A stretch of 64,000 bases of DNA from Patellaria atrata CBS 101060 (taxonomy: Eukaryota): NCBI GenBank assembly GCA_010093705.1, contig MU006091.1, forward strand, positions 1,488,001 to 1,552,000. The letters run 5' to 3'. The position numbers were made by a program, and so were the translations under genes. Shown one piece after another: positions 39,027-51,432 of the stretch (position 1 is its first letter; the number at the start of each line of letters is the position of its first letter). A model generated the notes under the pieces. That model was given only the letters and a program-made list of their open reading frames with translations, searched no databases and was not told where the DNA came from.

Positions 39027-39850
39027 ATGGTATGTATTCTGAATTCACCCTCCCATCTGTTGCATCCAACTTCGAACTAACTATCGCTATAGGCTCAATC
39101 AGGGTATGTTATCTCTCCAAACAATTGCAGCCCAACCAACCTTCCCACCAAACTTGCGCCTGAAACAGGCATCTACCCTCACCTATAAATCAACAGCGGT
39201 TCAACGAGTCTCGCTTTTGATTCTACGACCGTAATTGACAAGTTCATCTCACAGTGTCTCCGTTCACCCGGACTGCATCAGTGCCTTCAACGACCTTAAG
39301 CTCGGCAAGAGTATCAAATACATCATCTACAAGATATCCGATGACTGGAAAGAGATCGTGGTTGAGGAGACGTCTACCGAGGCCAATTATGATGAATTCC
39401 GAGAGAAGCTTCTAAACGCTAAAAGCAAGGACCGCAGAGGCAAGGAGGGCATCGGTGGCAGATACGCTGTGTATGATGTCGAATACGAGCTCGAGAGCGG
39501 CGAGGGCACAAGGTATGATAATAACTCTCCTCCTTAATCCTTAATCGAATCTGAGAGGGCAAATATATACTTTGTTGGTAATAAGGTACTGACTGTGCAT
39601 TCTTAGGAGCAAGATTACCTTCTTTTCATGGTGCCCGGATGACGCCCCACAATATGTAAGCGCTTCGTTCCTTTTCCATTTACACGTGTTCTGATTGTAC
39701 AATAACTAAATATAGCCTCGCATGATGTACTCCTCCTCCAAAGAAGCTATCAAGCGTGCCCTCAACGGTCTCGCCGCCGACATTCAGGCCAACGATGCCG
39801 ATGACATCGAGTTTAACAACGTCATCTCTAGAGTTTCCAAGGGTCGCTAA
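39027..39850 (+). CDS. COF1: Cofilin (ADF), with ATG-only and 11-nt micro-exons
   Basis: Spliced MAQSGVSVHPDCISAFNDLKLGKSIKYIIYKI...RYAVYDVEY...RSKITFFSWCPDDAP..PRMMYSSSKEAIKRALNG. Confidence 0.96.
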
Positions 39851-40157
39851 GCAATCTTCAAACTAGCCTTGCCAGCTAAAATTAGGACTTCATGACTGAC
39901 GGGTTGTTTGGGCGGCGGATTACCCCGCGAACACCTCATTCATGTATTAGGAAATATGGATGATGTTCGGATCGGAGGCGGACATTTGTGCAGTTTAACG
40001 GCGGTTGAGGAGGATCTCTTTTCTATGAAACAGTCGCGAGTCGGCATCTATGAACACCATGATTTCTACCGCTCATATTCCATGGTGTGACAAATTTACT
40101 CTCACTCATTTCGCATAACTTGACTTATCTCATCACCACTCCAGTTGCTGACTTCCG

Positions 40158-40899
40158 TCAAGGTCTACTACCCCTACTCTCCCACGCATTCTTGAATAGT
40201 TCTACTAGCCTCTCCCCTTCTGCTTCATCCCTAACCCTCTGCACTAAGAACCCCTTCAGATCCTCCCAGAACTCCTTCGTCTGCACAACCTCTGCCCCAC
40301 TTGGCCCCTGTGCGACCGGTGCAGTCGGTGGATCAACGTCCATCTTCTCTGGCTCTGCCTCATTCTCCTTTGGCCCCTCGAGTGTAGGTACTGCTCCACC
40401 AAGGACCATGATCGTAAACTCCGCATCCCCCGGCATATCCCCGCCTTCACCTCCCAGAAGCTCTTTCAGAACTTTACTATCCAGCACAGGCTTCTTCTGC
40501 CACAACACCTTGATCTTCGACGAGAGGACATGGATGTGTGTGCTATACGCAGTCTTGAGCTCGTGTATGGACGTCGTCGGTGAGGACGGTAGAGTGAGGG
40601 GGTATGAAGGTGGTTTGAGACATTTCAATGTGACTAAGATGTCGCTGGAGGCAGGCTTGGGTGTGGAGGAAGGGTCGGCAGATTGGGGAGCGCGCTTTCG
40701 CTTGGGGGTGCTGTGTTTGGGGAGGATAGTCTAGAGGAGATGAGTTTGAAAGGGTAGAGGTGGAGAGGGGGGTCGGGACGAGACACACGGGTGTGGAAGC
40801 GGGATATTGTTTGGGGTCTGCGATGTAGTCGCTTGAGAGCTTTACTGGACGGGTGTCGAGGGCCGCGAGGAATTGGCGGGCGAAGGAGAGTTCGGTCAT
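40158..40899 (-). CDS. GET5: Get5/Mdy2 ubiquitin-like GET-pathway protein, 2 exons
   Basis: MTELSFARQFLAALDTRPVKLSSDY; central UBL-like region; C-terminal EFWEDLKGFLVQRVRDE dimerisation motif. Confidence 0.9.
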
Positions 40900-41183
40900 T
40901 GTTGATTTCTGCTCTGTACTACGTGAGATAGTAGGTATGGGGCGTATATCTGTTATGAGGAAGATGTTTGTCGTGGGATAGGTGACGGTGGTGACGCGGG
41001 CAAAGCCAGACTGAGGCGGGGCGGAAGGCGGGAGCCAGGGTAGTTCTAGGTTCAAGATGGAAGCGGTGCTTGGCGGCAGAATTATTTTTTTTTGGAAAAC
41101 TCCAACACCAAGAAGGTTTCGAAAGTGAGGTAGATAGCTACAACATACGTTTTACCTGCATCTCTCGCTATAATTCTCGAAAA

Positions 41184-43250
41184 ATGGGTGTCGGGCGTCG
41201 TATGAAGAAGCAGGGTCCTCCAACCCCTTTGGATGAATCACTCGTTACTAGAAAACGGAAACAAGTAGACATCCCGCCTACCGCTAATGGAGTTGGGAAA
41301 AAGAGGAGGACCGCGGAGGGTCCACCGCTCATGAGCGGTGCAATATTAAGGGAGCAGAAAGCTACGGTCAATGGTAAAGCTAGCAAGGATAAACCACTAA
41401 AAGCCGCAAAACCTAACAACATAAATCCGAAGAAAGCACCTTCACCACCGCCCGTCGAAGAGGAAATTTCCGAGGAAGATGAGAATACGGACAGGATTGA
41501 CGACCTGGACCTTATTGAAGACGGGCTTGAGGGTGTGGGGGTATCTGGCCTTGACGCCCTAGAAACAGACGACGAGGACATCGAGGACGATGAGTTTGAC
41601 ATTGCAGACTCGGACGTTGTCGATTCCGACATTGAGCAAAGAACAAGGATGTGGTCTGAGGATGAAGATGACTCGGATGCGGAAGAAGAACTCAACGCTG
41701 CTAATATAGAGGGTCTCTCGCGAAAACTGGATATGGAACAAGCAATTGCGGAGACAGAGGCTCAGGCGGAATTAGAAGAAGCTGGTATGCAGACAAACAT
41801 CAGTGGAGATAAGCCGAAGGTGCTTGTCGACGATGAAGATGAGGACGTTGCTGGCGGGACGTCAACACTTGCACCAGATTTGCAGTTACTCCGGACGAGG
41901 ATCACGGATGCTATTCGGGTTTTAGGTGACTTTTCAAATCTGGCTGAGGAAGACCGGTCAAGAGCAGAGTATACTGCACAACTTCTAAAAGATATTTGCG
42001 CGTACTATGGTTACTCTCCATTTCTTGCTGAAAAGCTATTCAATCTCTTCCCTCCTGGTGAAGCATTCGCATTCTTTGAGGCTAACGAAACGCCTCGACC
42101 CATGGTCATCAGAACAAACACATTAAAATCACACAGGAGAGAACTGGCTCAAGCTTTGATCAATCGAGGTGTCACTCTAGAACCTATTGGTAAATGGTCA
42201 AAAGTTGGGCTACAAATATTCGAAAGTCCAGTGCCTATCGGAGCTACGCCGGAGTATTTGGCCGGCCATTACATCTTACAAGCAGCTTCATCCTTTCTTC
42301 CTGTTATGGCTCTTGCTCCTCAAGAACATGAAAGAATTCTGGATATGGCAGCAGCTCCAGGTGGTAAAACAACTTACATTGCGGCGTTGATGAAAAATAC
42401 GGGGTGCATATTCGCGAACGATGCCAATAAAGCTCGTGCTAAAGGTTTAATTGGTAATATCCATCGTCTAGGTGTGAAGAACACAATTGTGTGCAACTAC
42501 GATGCGCTGGAGTTTCCGCACGTCATCAGGGGCTTCGACAGAGTCCTACTCGATGCACCCTGTTCCGGCACCGGTGTCATCGCCAAAGACGCCAGTGTGA
42601 AAACAAACAAAACTGAAAAGGACTTCATGCGACTTCCGCACCTCCAAAAGCGACTGCTCCTTGCGGCAATCGATTCAGTGGACCATGCAAGCAAGACTGG
42701 AGGATACATCGTCTACTCCACCTGCAGTGTCACGGTTGAAGAAAATGAGCAGGTGGTACAATATGCGCTGAATAAGCGACCGAATGTCAAGCTCGTGTCG
42801 ACTGGGTTGACGTTCGGGAGGGAGGGTTACACGAGTTATATGGGGAAGACATTCCATCCCAGTTTGAAGGAGACGAGGCGGTACTATCCGCATACTTACA
42901 ATGTTGATGGGTTCTTCGTCTCGAAGTTCAAGAAGACCGGCCCTACGCCTGCTAATGCTGTCCTTGCTGTCAATGGGAAAAATAGCAAGCAAGAAACCAC
43001 CGCTGTTGAAGAATTCGTGGATAAGACGCCCATCTTGACCGAGGAGGAGGAAGAAGCTAAGGCTGATGACTTTGGAGGTTGGGATGAGGAAGAGGATCGT
43101 GAATATATGGAGCGGGCCAAGAAAGCAGCTCTAAGGAAGAAAGGAAGGGATCCCAAAGCAGATAAAGCAAAGGCAAAATCGTCGGATGGGACTTCGAACA
43201 CTGAAGATGGGCAAGCGAAGAAGTTCAAGAAGACCAAAAAGGCCTGTTGA
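41184..43250 (+). CDS. NOP2: 25S rRNA m5C methyltransferase Nop2
   Basis: MGVGRRMKKQGPP; ILDMAAAPGGKT; FDRVLLDAPCSG; VYSTCS; RRYYPHTYNVDGFFV. Confidence 0.98.
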   Translation: MGVGRRMKKQGPPTPLDESLVTRKRKQVDIPPTANGVGKKRRTAEGPPLMSGAILREQKATVNGKASKDKPLKAAKPNNINPKKAPSPPPVEEEISEEDENTDRIDDLDLIEDGLEGVGVSGLDALETDDEDIEDDEFDIADSDVVDSDIEQRTRMWSEDEDDSDAEEELNAANIEGLSRKLDMEQAIAETEAQAELEEAGMQTNISGDKPKVLVDDEDEDVAGGTSTLAPDLQLLRTRITDAIRVLGDFSNLAEEDRSRAEYTAQLLKDICAYYGYSPFLAEKLFNLFPPGEAFAFFEANETPRPMVIRTNTLKSHRRELAQALINRGVTLEPIGKWSKVGLQIFESPVPIGATPEYLAGHYILQAASSFLPVMALAPQEHERILDMAAAPGGKTTYIAALMKNTGCIFANDANKARAKGLIGNIHRLGVKNTIVCNYDALEFPHVIRGFDRVLLDAPCSGTGVIAKDASVKTNKTEKDFMRLPHLQKRLLLAAIDSVDHASKTGGYIVYSTCSVTVEENEQVVQYALNKRPNVKLVSTGLTFGREGYTSYMGKTFHPSLKETRRYYPHTYNVDGFFVSKFKKTGPTPANAVLAVNGKNSKQETTAVEEFVDKTPILTEEEEEAKADDFGGWDEEEDREYMERAKKAALRKKGRDPKADKAKAKSSDGTSNTEDGQAKKFKKTKKAC

Positions 43251-44749
43251 GAAGCGTGTCGATGTGTGAGTGCTGATAATGTTTTGTTTAGGGAGTCATC
43301 CATGTCGACGGTTTCAATCAATCCGCGCAGTTAACTCAATTGTATATACCAGAGTCCTCTCTACATTTCCATATCACGAGTGGAGCCTAGAATACGGCTT
43401 CAATTGCTGATTGAATTTTCAAAAATCCTCTCGGACAAACTGAGAAGGGTTTCTACCTCCCCGTGCTTATTTTCTGTATCGGGATTAGTTCAAGCGAGTT
43501 TTATGCACAGCCTAATCTAACTTCCATCCAGATCGACACTGTCATAGCTGCATTCGTTAGTCCTCTTGCTTTTTGCCGCATTACCGTCCGCAGTTTTTGA
43601 CTCGAACGCCATCTACGAAATCATCGCTTCTTGTCTCCTGCTGCATTCTTTTCGGTACCTCCTATTTGCTTGATTTACGGTATGTGGCGCTGGAGAAACC
43701 TCCACTCAAGAACACCGTGTTTCCTACTTATTACCTTTGAGGATTGTACATCAATAATGGAACGCTTTGTTCACAAAATGTCTACTCTCCCCCTCTCACC
43801 AACCACCAGGATCGGAAACCTAGAAGTTCTGTTAAGCTTCTAGGGAGCTAGGTTTGCAATGCTTCTCAGCACACCGCTGAACAGTCCGATTATCTGTCAC
43901 GTTCGTCTTTGTCTTTGATCTATTTGAGTTCCCTGTCAACAAAGTTTTACAAAAGATCATATCAGGTTTCTGCTATCATGATTCGTGTTATAACCGAAGA
44001 CCTTTTGATATGATGTTATGAACGGAGCTTAAGTCGCACTATTATTGCGGGGTGTGCAGAATCAAGCCACCGTTCGTTTCTCCGCTATCACCACTTTTTG
44101 TGCCTTCCAAGAGATACAAGCACGGTACCTTGGAGGTTCTTCTATGCTTGAGTCTGTATGAACGCTATGTCATCCTGGCTTTACGTATTGTCTAAGTGCG
44201 CCACGAGCATCGGCGCCTAGACACCACGAGATTTTAAACCCGCAAGTCAAGCTTTCTTATTGGTTTGTAGCGAATCCTGCGAAGTCGCTTACTGTCATCA
44301 ACGCATACTAAACGGTACTAACGATGAAGATCTGGGGTAGTGTTAGATAGCGCACTGTGGCGTCTAAGATCCTCACATCTCCTCGCATCACATGGAGTAG
44401 TATGAGTGGTTGAGAAGAAATCATACCTTTTGCAGCGGTATTTCCCTTCAATGTTGATATTTTGAGAGGTACCTTTTTGTATCGCCTAGGCTCTACTTGT
44501 TTTAGACTGCCCGTACTCGATTTGACATGACGGAGTTCAAGGACCGGGATGATCGTATCGCCTCTGCCATCATCACCCCCGCGCAAGGGAAGCTCTGGGT
44601 TACAGGTATAAGACCTACTTCTGCGCACATTGTTAGCAGTTCTCCAGTTTGCATTCAAGATTAAACTTTTGAGAAGCTGTGTTGCTTTCTACATTGACTT
44701 TCCATCCCTTTGAGCTCTTTTGGTTCGTGAATACTAGCCATCAGACATC

Positions 44750-46719
44750 ATGGGTCTTATGCTGAAGAAACCCGACGAAGTCGCGGGAAAGACATGGTAC
44801 GGTCAAAAAGTATCCACTGCCTTTCAGCCTACCTCTAACATATTTCAGGCCCGCCATTGCTATCGGTCTTTTCGTTGCATTCGGTGGTGTTCTCTTCGGG
44901 TAAGCAGAAGTTTATCCTGATACAGAAGCTTTTTAGACTAACATGGTGACTCTACAGCTATGATACAGGTACCATCTCTGGCATTATTGCTATGGAATAC
45001 TGGCTCGAAGAGTTCTCTACAGAAGGAAACGGTCAAATCACAGGAGCGCAAGACTCATTGATTGTTTCTATTCTCTCCGCTGGCACTTTCTTTGGTGCTC
45101 TTGCCGCTGCTCCCTTCGCAGATATCCTTGGCCGTAAATGGGGCCTCTTCGCCGCTGCTGGAGTCGTATTCAACCTTGGGGTCATTCTTCAAACAGCTGC
45201 TACTGAGCAGCCAATGTTCATCGCTGGGCGTTTCTTTGCCGGGCTTGGTGTGGGTTTGATTTCGGCCATGAGTACGTCGTTCTTGGAATGGTTCTAGTTC
45301 TGAATTAGCCTAACTCAAACAGTCCCTATGTATCAGTCCGAAACTGCACCGAAGTGGATTAGAGGTACGATCGTTGGAACATACCAGCTTGCTATCACCA
45401 TTGGCTTGTTCCTCGCATCAATTGTAAACAACGCCACGAAGGACCGAAATGACTCTGGGTCTTATCGTATTCCCATTGCAATACAATTTGCGTGGTCTTT
45501 GATTCTTTGCGGAGGGTAGGCCATCACCCTCCTTATCAACAGCAGACTTTTTTTTAATACTATTTAGTCTCCTCATTCTTCCCGAGACTCCTCGCTTCCT
45601 CATCAAGCAAGGCAAACCCGAGAAGGCCGCTAAGGCCCTCGCTCAGATCCGCCGTCTTGACGCAACCCATCCTGCCGTCGTTGAAGAACTAGCCGAAATT
45701 GCTGCTAACCACGAATATGAGTTGAGCATTGGACAGGCTACCTATCTCGACTGCTTCAAGGGCACTGTGGGCAAGCGTTTGGCAACTGGTTGCGCCTTGC
45801 AAGCTCTGCAGCAGCTTACTGGTGTTAACTTTATCTTCTATTATGTGAGCATCTCCTGATGTAACGGAGATCAGAATCCTGGGTGCTAACTAGGAATAGG
45901 GAACACAATACTTCCAAAACGCTGGCTTCGAAAATGCGTTTGTTATCCAAGTCATCACCAACTCCGTCAACGTCGCCAGTACTATCCCGGGTTTGTACTT
46001 GGTTGAAAAGATGGGTCGTCGTAATTTACTACTCATGGGAGCTATCGGGATGTAAGATTCACTCTTTCATCTCATCCCCCCTGATTCCTTCATGAATCCC
46101 ACAACTCACTTTACCCTCCAGGTGCGTCTGCCAGTACATCGTCGCCATCACCGGCACCGTGGCCGGAACAACCGACCTCGCAGCCCAACGCACCGCCATC
46201 GCCTTCGTCTGCATCTACATCTTCTTCTTCGCCTCCTCCTGGGGCCCGGTCGCCTGGGTCGTCACCGGCGAGCTCTTCCCGCTCAAAGTGCGCGCAAAGT
46301 GCCTCTCCATGACCACGGCCTCGAACTGGCTGCTCAACTGGGCCATCGCCTACTCGACGCCCTACCTCGTGCGCGACGGCGACGGCTATGCGAACCTCCA
46401 GAGCAAGGTCTTCTTCATCTGGGCCACGTTCTGCTTCGTCTGTATTGCTTTCGTGTGGTTCATGATTTATGAGACTAAGGGCCTCAGCTTGGAGCAGGTC
46501 GATGAGCTCTATGGTATTGTGAATAAGGCGTGGCAGAGTAATAGGTTCAGGCCTCAGGTTAGCTTCCAGGATATCAGGCCTGAGGAGCAGAGACGGATGA
46601 GTCTTGCGGAGTTGGCGCAGCATCAGGAGCGTAAGAGGAGTGTAGGGAGCGTGGAGCATATGGAGGGGAATGGACATCATAGGAATGGCGTCAATGGGCA
46701 TGAAAAGTATGGTGTGTGA
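44750..46719 (+). CDS. MFS sugar porter, high-affinity hexose transporter type, multi-exon
   Basis: MGLMLKKPD..WPAIAIGLFVAFGGVLFGYDTGTI; PMYQSETAPKWIRG; PETPR; QQLTGVNFIFYYG; WGPVAWVVTGELFPL; ETKGLSLE. Confidence 0.96.
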
Positions 46720-48442
46720 AGAAATAAAAGTGTTAGATGGGGTATGTGTGGAATAAAGGATTTGTGTATGGTGAATTATGATGGTGTCATGGATTAGCGT
46801 GTTTTTTTTTCGGTTCTTGTATCAATATGTAGCTGTATGAATTCGATGGTTTCCTTGGAAAATTAACTGTAAATTTTAAAATCCGTCTGTATGCCGGTAC
46901 CAGTTGGGGGAAATTGGTTATTAGGGGTTATGTGACTCCATCTCTAGTCGTCGTAACTCTAGCTTTTTGTCAGCTTTACAGCAAGCAGACCTCCGGCTTG
47001 TACTCTATGCGATATGATGGGCTGATGAATGCTTATGAAGGTATGCCGTTGTCGCGGGTGGAGTTGCTACAGTACCCATCGCAACAGGGGACGAGCATAG
47101 CGCAACCAAAAATGGGTTAGTGCATTTGAGTTCTTTTCAACGTCCCTTTAACAATTTAGATCGATTCATGTCATAATTCTATAAGAGTTCTGTCCCGTTA
47201 TCGTATGTACTTTCTAATTGCTAGGCATTTAGTTACGCGCGGATCTGCGATTTTTTTATAGTAGAATTAAAGCATATTGTCAGATGTTTCTTTCAAATTA
47301 TCCTAACAGAGACCAGTAGAAATATTGTTAATTGTTCTTCCAACTCAATCTAACAGGTAAATTATTGCGAAGTACCGTTATACTCCATTTTATCATTCCT
47401 GTACCATTGCTTAATTGTAGTGCCCACTGAATGCGTGTTTCTCCTTGGTTTGTAAGTCAGACGGCTCCTATCGTTGTCTGGGTCTGCAATATAGCTTCCA
47501 GTTCATTTCCGTGGCCGTGGAACCATTCGAAAGACTACTTCCAACCACAGAAATTGTTTGGTTCACTTGGGTTGTATTCTTCGGCGTCTCCGCTCCGGTT
47601 CCATATTCCTAACTTCCAGTATAAGGATCTTGAATCCGAGCAAACCGTGCAGTTTCTGGAGGAGGGTGGAATGGTAATAGACTGTAGATGTCGGTTAGCA
47701 AAGTATAGAAATCCTCTTATTGCTGGCATATTTGCGCCTTTCCTCTCTGTCCCCTTCTCCTATTTCGCGTAGTGTTCAGTCATAATAATGTGAATTACTC
47801 ACAATCAGCAAAATACAGTAAAGTTTGAGTAGACTTGACAGTTCTTACCTTGGCTTTATCTTCGTAATACGTAAGCTCTTCTTCTGGAGCGGCAGTTTTC
47901 TGTTGTGCGCATACCATACCGTTTCTTCGGTGTCACAAAAGACTCCTGTATAAATCCTTGAAGTAAAAGTGATTGTACGATAGTGTCAACTCTCTTTTCC
48001 GGTATGCTGTTCTATTGTATGCAAAAGCTTAAGAAAGAGCTCCAACATTGGAGAATGCCCAATGAGTGGGCTGAAAATATGTCAGATTGATGGTATGCTT
48101 CAGGGGGTGAATTAAGCGTACAGCGAAGAGATAAAGGGGAGAAGGATGAAGCTACTTCAGTCTTGAACGCTCTCACTTTTAATAAGGGCACTGAGTCTGA
48201 TCTAGTCCTAATCCATCATAATAAGAGGAGGTAAATGGTGTTAGAGAGGGTTAGGTGGGGCTATAGAGTTCTGGAAGCCCAAACGCACCTAAGGAAACGT
48301 CAACTGAAGTCTCTTAATGCAATCTGCGCATGACAGCCAAAAAAACGGCTAGCAGAAAATCTTGGCAACTGCCTAGGGTATAAGTTGCCGAGCAACTAGA
48401 CGTCGAATTTTGAACTTCGCACAACCGCATCACACCAACAAA

Positions 48443-49386
48443 ATGGCACTCCCAATGCCAGATCTTGGGCGACTACGCGTCGCCAACCTGGCCGACGTCC
48501 CCAGGATTGCGTTGGTGGCTGCGGCTGCCTCAAGGAAAGACTACTACCACGAGTACATGCACCCCCATATGGAGGTACACCCAGCAGACCATCTGGCGGG
48601 CTGGCGCCAAACCATCACCAGTAGGGTTCAAAACCCTAATTACGTCGTTCTCGTGGCAGAGGACCAGTTCGACGGAGAAGAGGCGTCCAAAGTGACGCCT
48701 GCACTGAGGGCAGTTTATCCCTCAAAGAATGAGCAATTCCCGACGCCAGTGACTCAAGCGGGAAAGGTCGTCGTGGCTTTCGCCACTCTCTGTCTTGCTC
48801 CCGGGTCTCCCCGGTACGGACAATTCAACCTCGACGGTATATTTTACGCTTAATATATGTCTAGCGTTCTAGTTCTAATACTCGTCTTCCAGGAAATACC
48901 AGTCGTGGCACCACCGAGGTCCTACAGAATAGGGCCCGCGATCCGAGCAGCGACGAGGTCATCAATAGGTTGCTCGTACCGGCTGTGATGGCGTAAGTCC
49001 CTCTTGAAGTTTCTGTAGCTCATCCACTAACGTACTTCAGACATATTCGTGGCCACGCCCATCTGGATGGGTTGTATACGCACCCGGAGTACGCTCGTCG
49101 AGGCCACGGGACAGAGTTGCTAAGATGGGTTGTTGCGTTAGCGATGTCTGACAGCTTCACCGTCATGGTGGTCGCTTCGCAGACTGGGAGGGTGTTTTTG
49201 CAGATGCGTCGGTTCCGCTTTCCCCTGCGTGTTGCGCTCCCTGGGTTTCGTCCTTCGAAGCTTTGTCTCGTATGGTTTGGAGCTGGTGGGATCAGTGAGG
49301 GGAATACTGTTCGACATATCGTTCGTAATGTTGACGATGCGACTCCATTGGATTTCTATAATGTTTATGGAGAGAGGATTCCTTGA
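48443..49386 (+). CDS. GNAT-family acetyltransferase, 3 exons
   Basis: LRVANLADVPRIALVAAA; YVVLVAED; acetyl-CoA motif LDGLYTHPEYARRGHGTELL; VVASQTGRVF. Introns ~48837-48892 and ~48993-49040. Confidence 0.85.
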
Positions 49387-50044
49387 ATGGGGAGGAGGTC
49401 ACATATCAAACACGCCGTAATCAAGACACTCTGTGGTTCGGAAAACTACCAGTAGACTTTATCCCTGTAACCAGTGAACTGTGATTAACCAAGTGCAGAA
49501 TGCCCAAGAATAGAACATTCTGGATGGGGATGCTCAAATGCCCCTATATTTCCATCGTAGTTACTTAAGGCCATTCGGATAGAATGGCCAATATCCAGAC
49601 TATTTGATGATAATTTCCTCCCTCGCATTGGATAGATATCGACTTGATGAATGAGTATGTATCAAACCGTAGCCCATCCTTTGACACAGGGATTGGGTTT
49701 TCACTAGACATTCAAAACTGCTTATTATGATTATCTATCTCGCTGTAGATGTCTTCTCTATCTTACATAAATAGGTTGACTTAGGCGAGGCACGAATCGA
49801 GCGCCTAAGGTTGACCCTCTTATTCTGCCACTTAGTCTGAGCCTCTTATTTGGAAACTTCACAACAATGTTATTGATATTGGAAGACTGACGTCTCTATG
49901 GACATACCTCGGGTGCACTTCGACTATGGGAGCAATTAAACGATGATTCGGCCTCACAACACGTTGGGACTCCACTACAGCATGAATGAGTGTTTTCATT
50001 TTTTCTATTGGACTTATAGTAGCATAACACTGCAAACAATTCCT

Positions 50045-50843
50045 ACATAAAAGGACTGGGCCGCAAGCATATAGGCACTTGATTCACATCACTCAGTTAT
50101 ATTAAACGAAAATGCAAGGAAAAGATCTTATCTAATTAGAAACAAAGCTGGGAGGCCAATAGCAAGAGACAGGGTAAACATTATACACGCATTTGCAGAG
50201 ATCGTGTGCGTTTCTCACTCGGTATACCCAAATCTAATATCCAGAAAAGGATCCAAGCAGCCTACTTTCAAATTAAGACTGGTATTGCATTCTTTAAGTC
50301 TTACTCTAAGGTGATTGGGAAAGATGAAGAAGGGAAGTGCTTCAGAGACTGTCAATCACTTCAAACACCAACACACCTTATTTTACATTGTGCACACTAC
50401 TCTAAAGAGCGTAAAGAAATGAGGCAACGAAGATCAAAGCTAACAATGGCAAAGCTTTTTTGAACAAAGTTAGGCAAACAGGTGTTATTTAAGTATATAG
50501 CAAGAACTCAAATTTCTACTGCAAGATGGCTGATGCACGCAGGAGATGTAGATAGAGTAGAAGTGTAGTCTACAGAGGATAACAAGATGTATGGCATAGA
50601 ACTGGAAATAGAAAAGAGATGGTAAAGAGGAAGAAAGATAGTTTTCCAACAATTTCCTTTATATGGAGTTTAAACGTACTGACTTTCCTTTACATATAAA
50701 ATATCAGTGGGTTAAGCTATTGAAGACTTCACTAAGCATATAAGGGCCCTGAAAAGGGATTTATGTATATAGGGAGTTGCGCCATAGCTTGAAGACTGCA
50801 TGCGCAGTATTGTAGATAATACAATACAAGGGAATTAAAAAGA
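50045..50843 (+). mobile_element. 5'-truncated Tad1-like LINE fragment (C-terminal Cys/His domain and 3' UTR)
   Basis: FTSLSYIKRK...QAAYFQIKTGIAFFKSYSKVIGKDEEGKCFRDCQSLQTPTHLILHC; homologous to the 13.7-15.0 kb element, including the 3' terminus. Confidence 0.88.
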
Positions 50844-51432
50844 ATTTGCTATTTGCGTTCTCCAGTATCTGCAGTCTTGTGAACGTATACCGTACTGGCG
50901 GCTTTTAAGTCTGAGCATTATAAATCTATCTATAATCTGTACGGTGAGATCTTTGTTCGACTATAAGCTTACTGTATTTTTTCATCTTTCCCGTCCAGTA
51001 GAGGCAAACAAAACTGAAGAGGGAGCATGCGGTGCATTAAAAATGCTTCACCAGGAGAAAGCAGACCGGAGAACAAGATTGTTGCTGACCGGTTTAGATA
51101 TAAGGTCTTTGGGTTAAGTTAAAAATACCATGACCTGCGTAGTTGATCACCATCACGGAATAATATAAGATCATAATGCAGAGGAAAAGAGAAATGACCT
51201 AATGAGCAGATCAAGAAATGACAGTAGCTATTACGTGCACCTGAAAAACATAGTCAGTGGTATCACTTAAAACAGTAGTCATGACTTTGAAAATTAACTA
51301 GAAGCGATAAAGGGCTAATACACCGGAAAATTTACCTCTCCCTCTCCGTATTCCAGAACCTCTTCGACCTTCCCCCTGAACCGCCTGTCCTCCCCCTTGC
51401 TGTCCCTGCTGTCATGTCTGCGAATGTTGAAA

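Noticed and set aside
41070..41183. N-terminal extension of the NOP2 ORF from a non-ATG start
   Set aside because: The conserved N-terminus begins at the ATG at 41184 (MGVGRRMKKQG).
49781..49808. 7-bp hairpin TTAGGCG...CGCCTAA
   Set aside because: Short and isolated; expected by chance.
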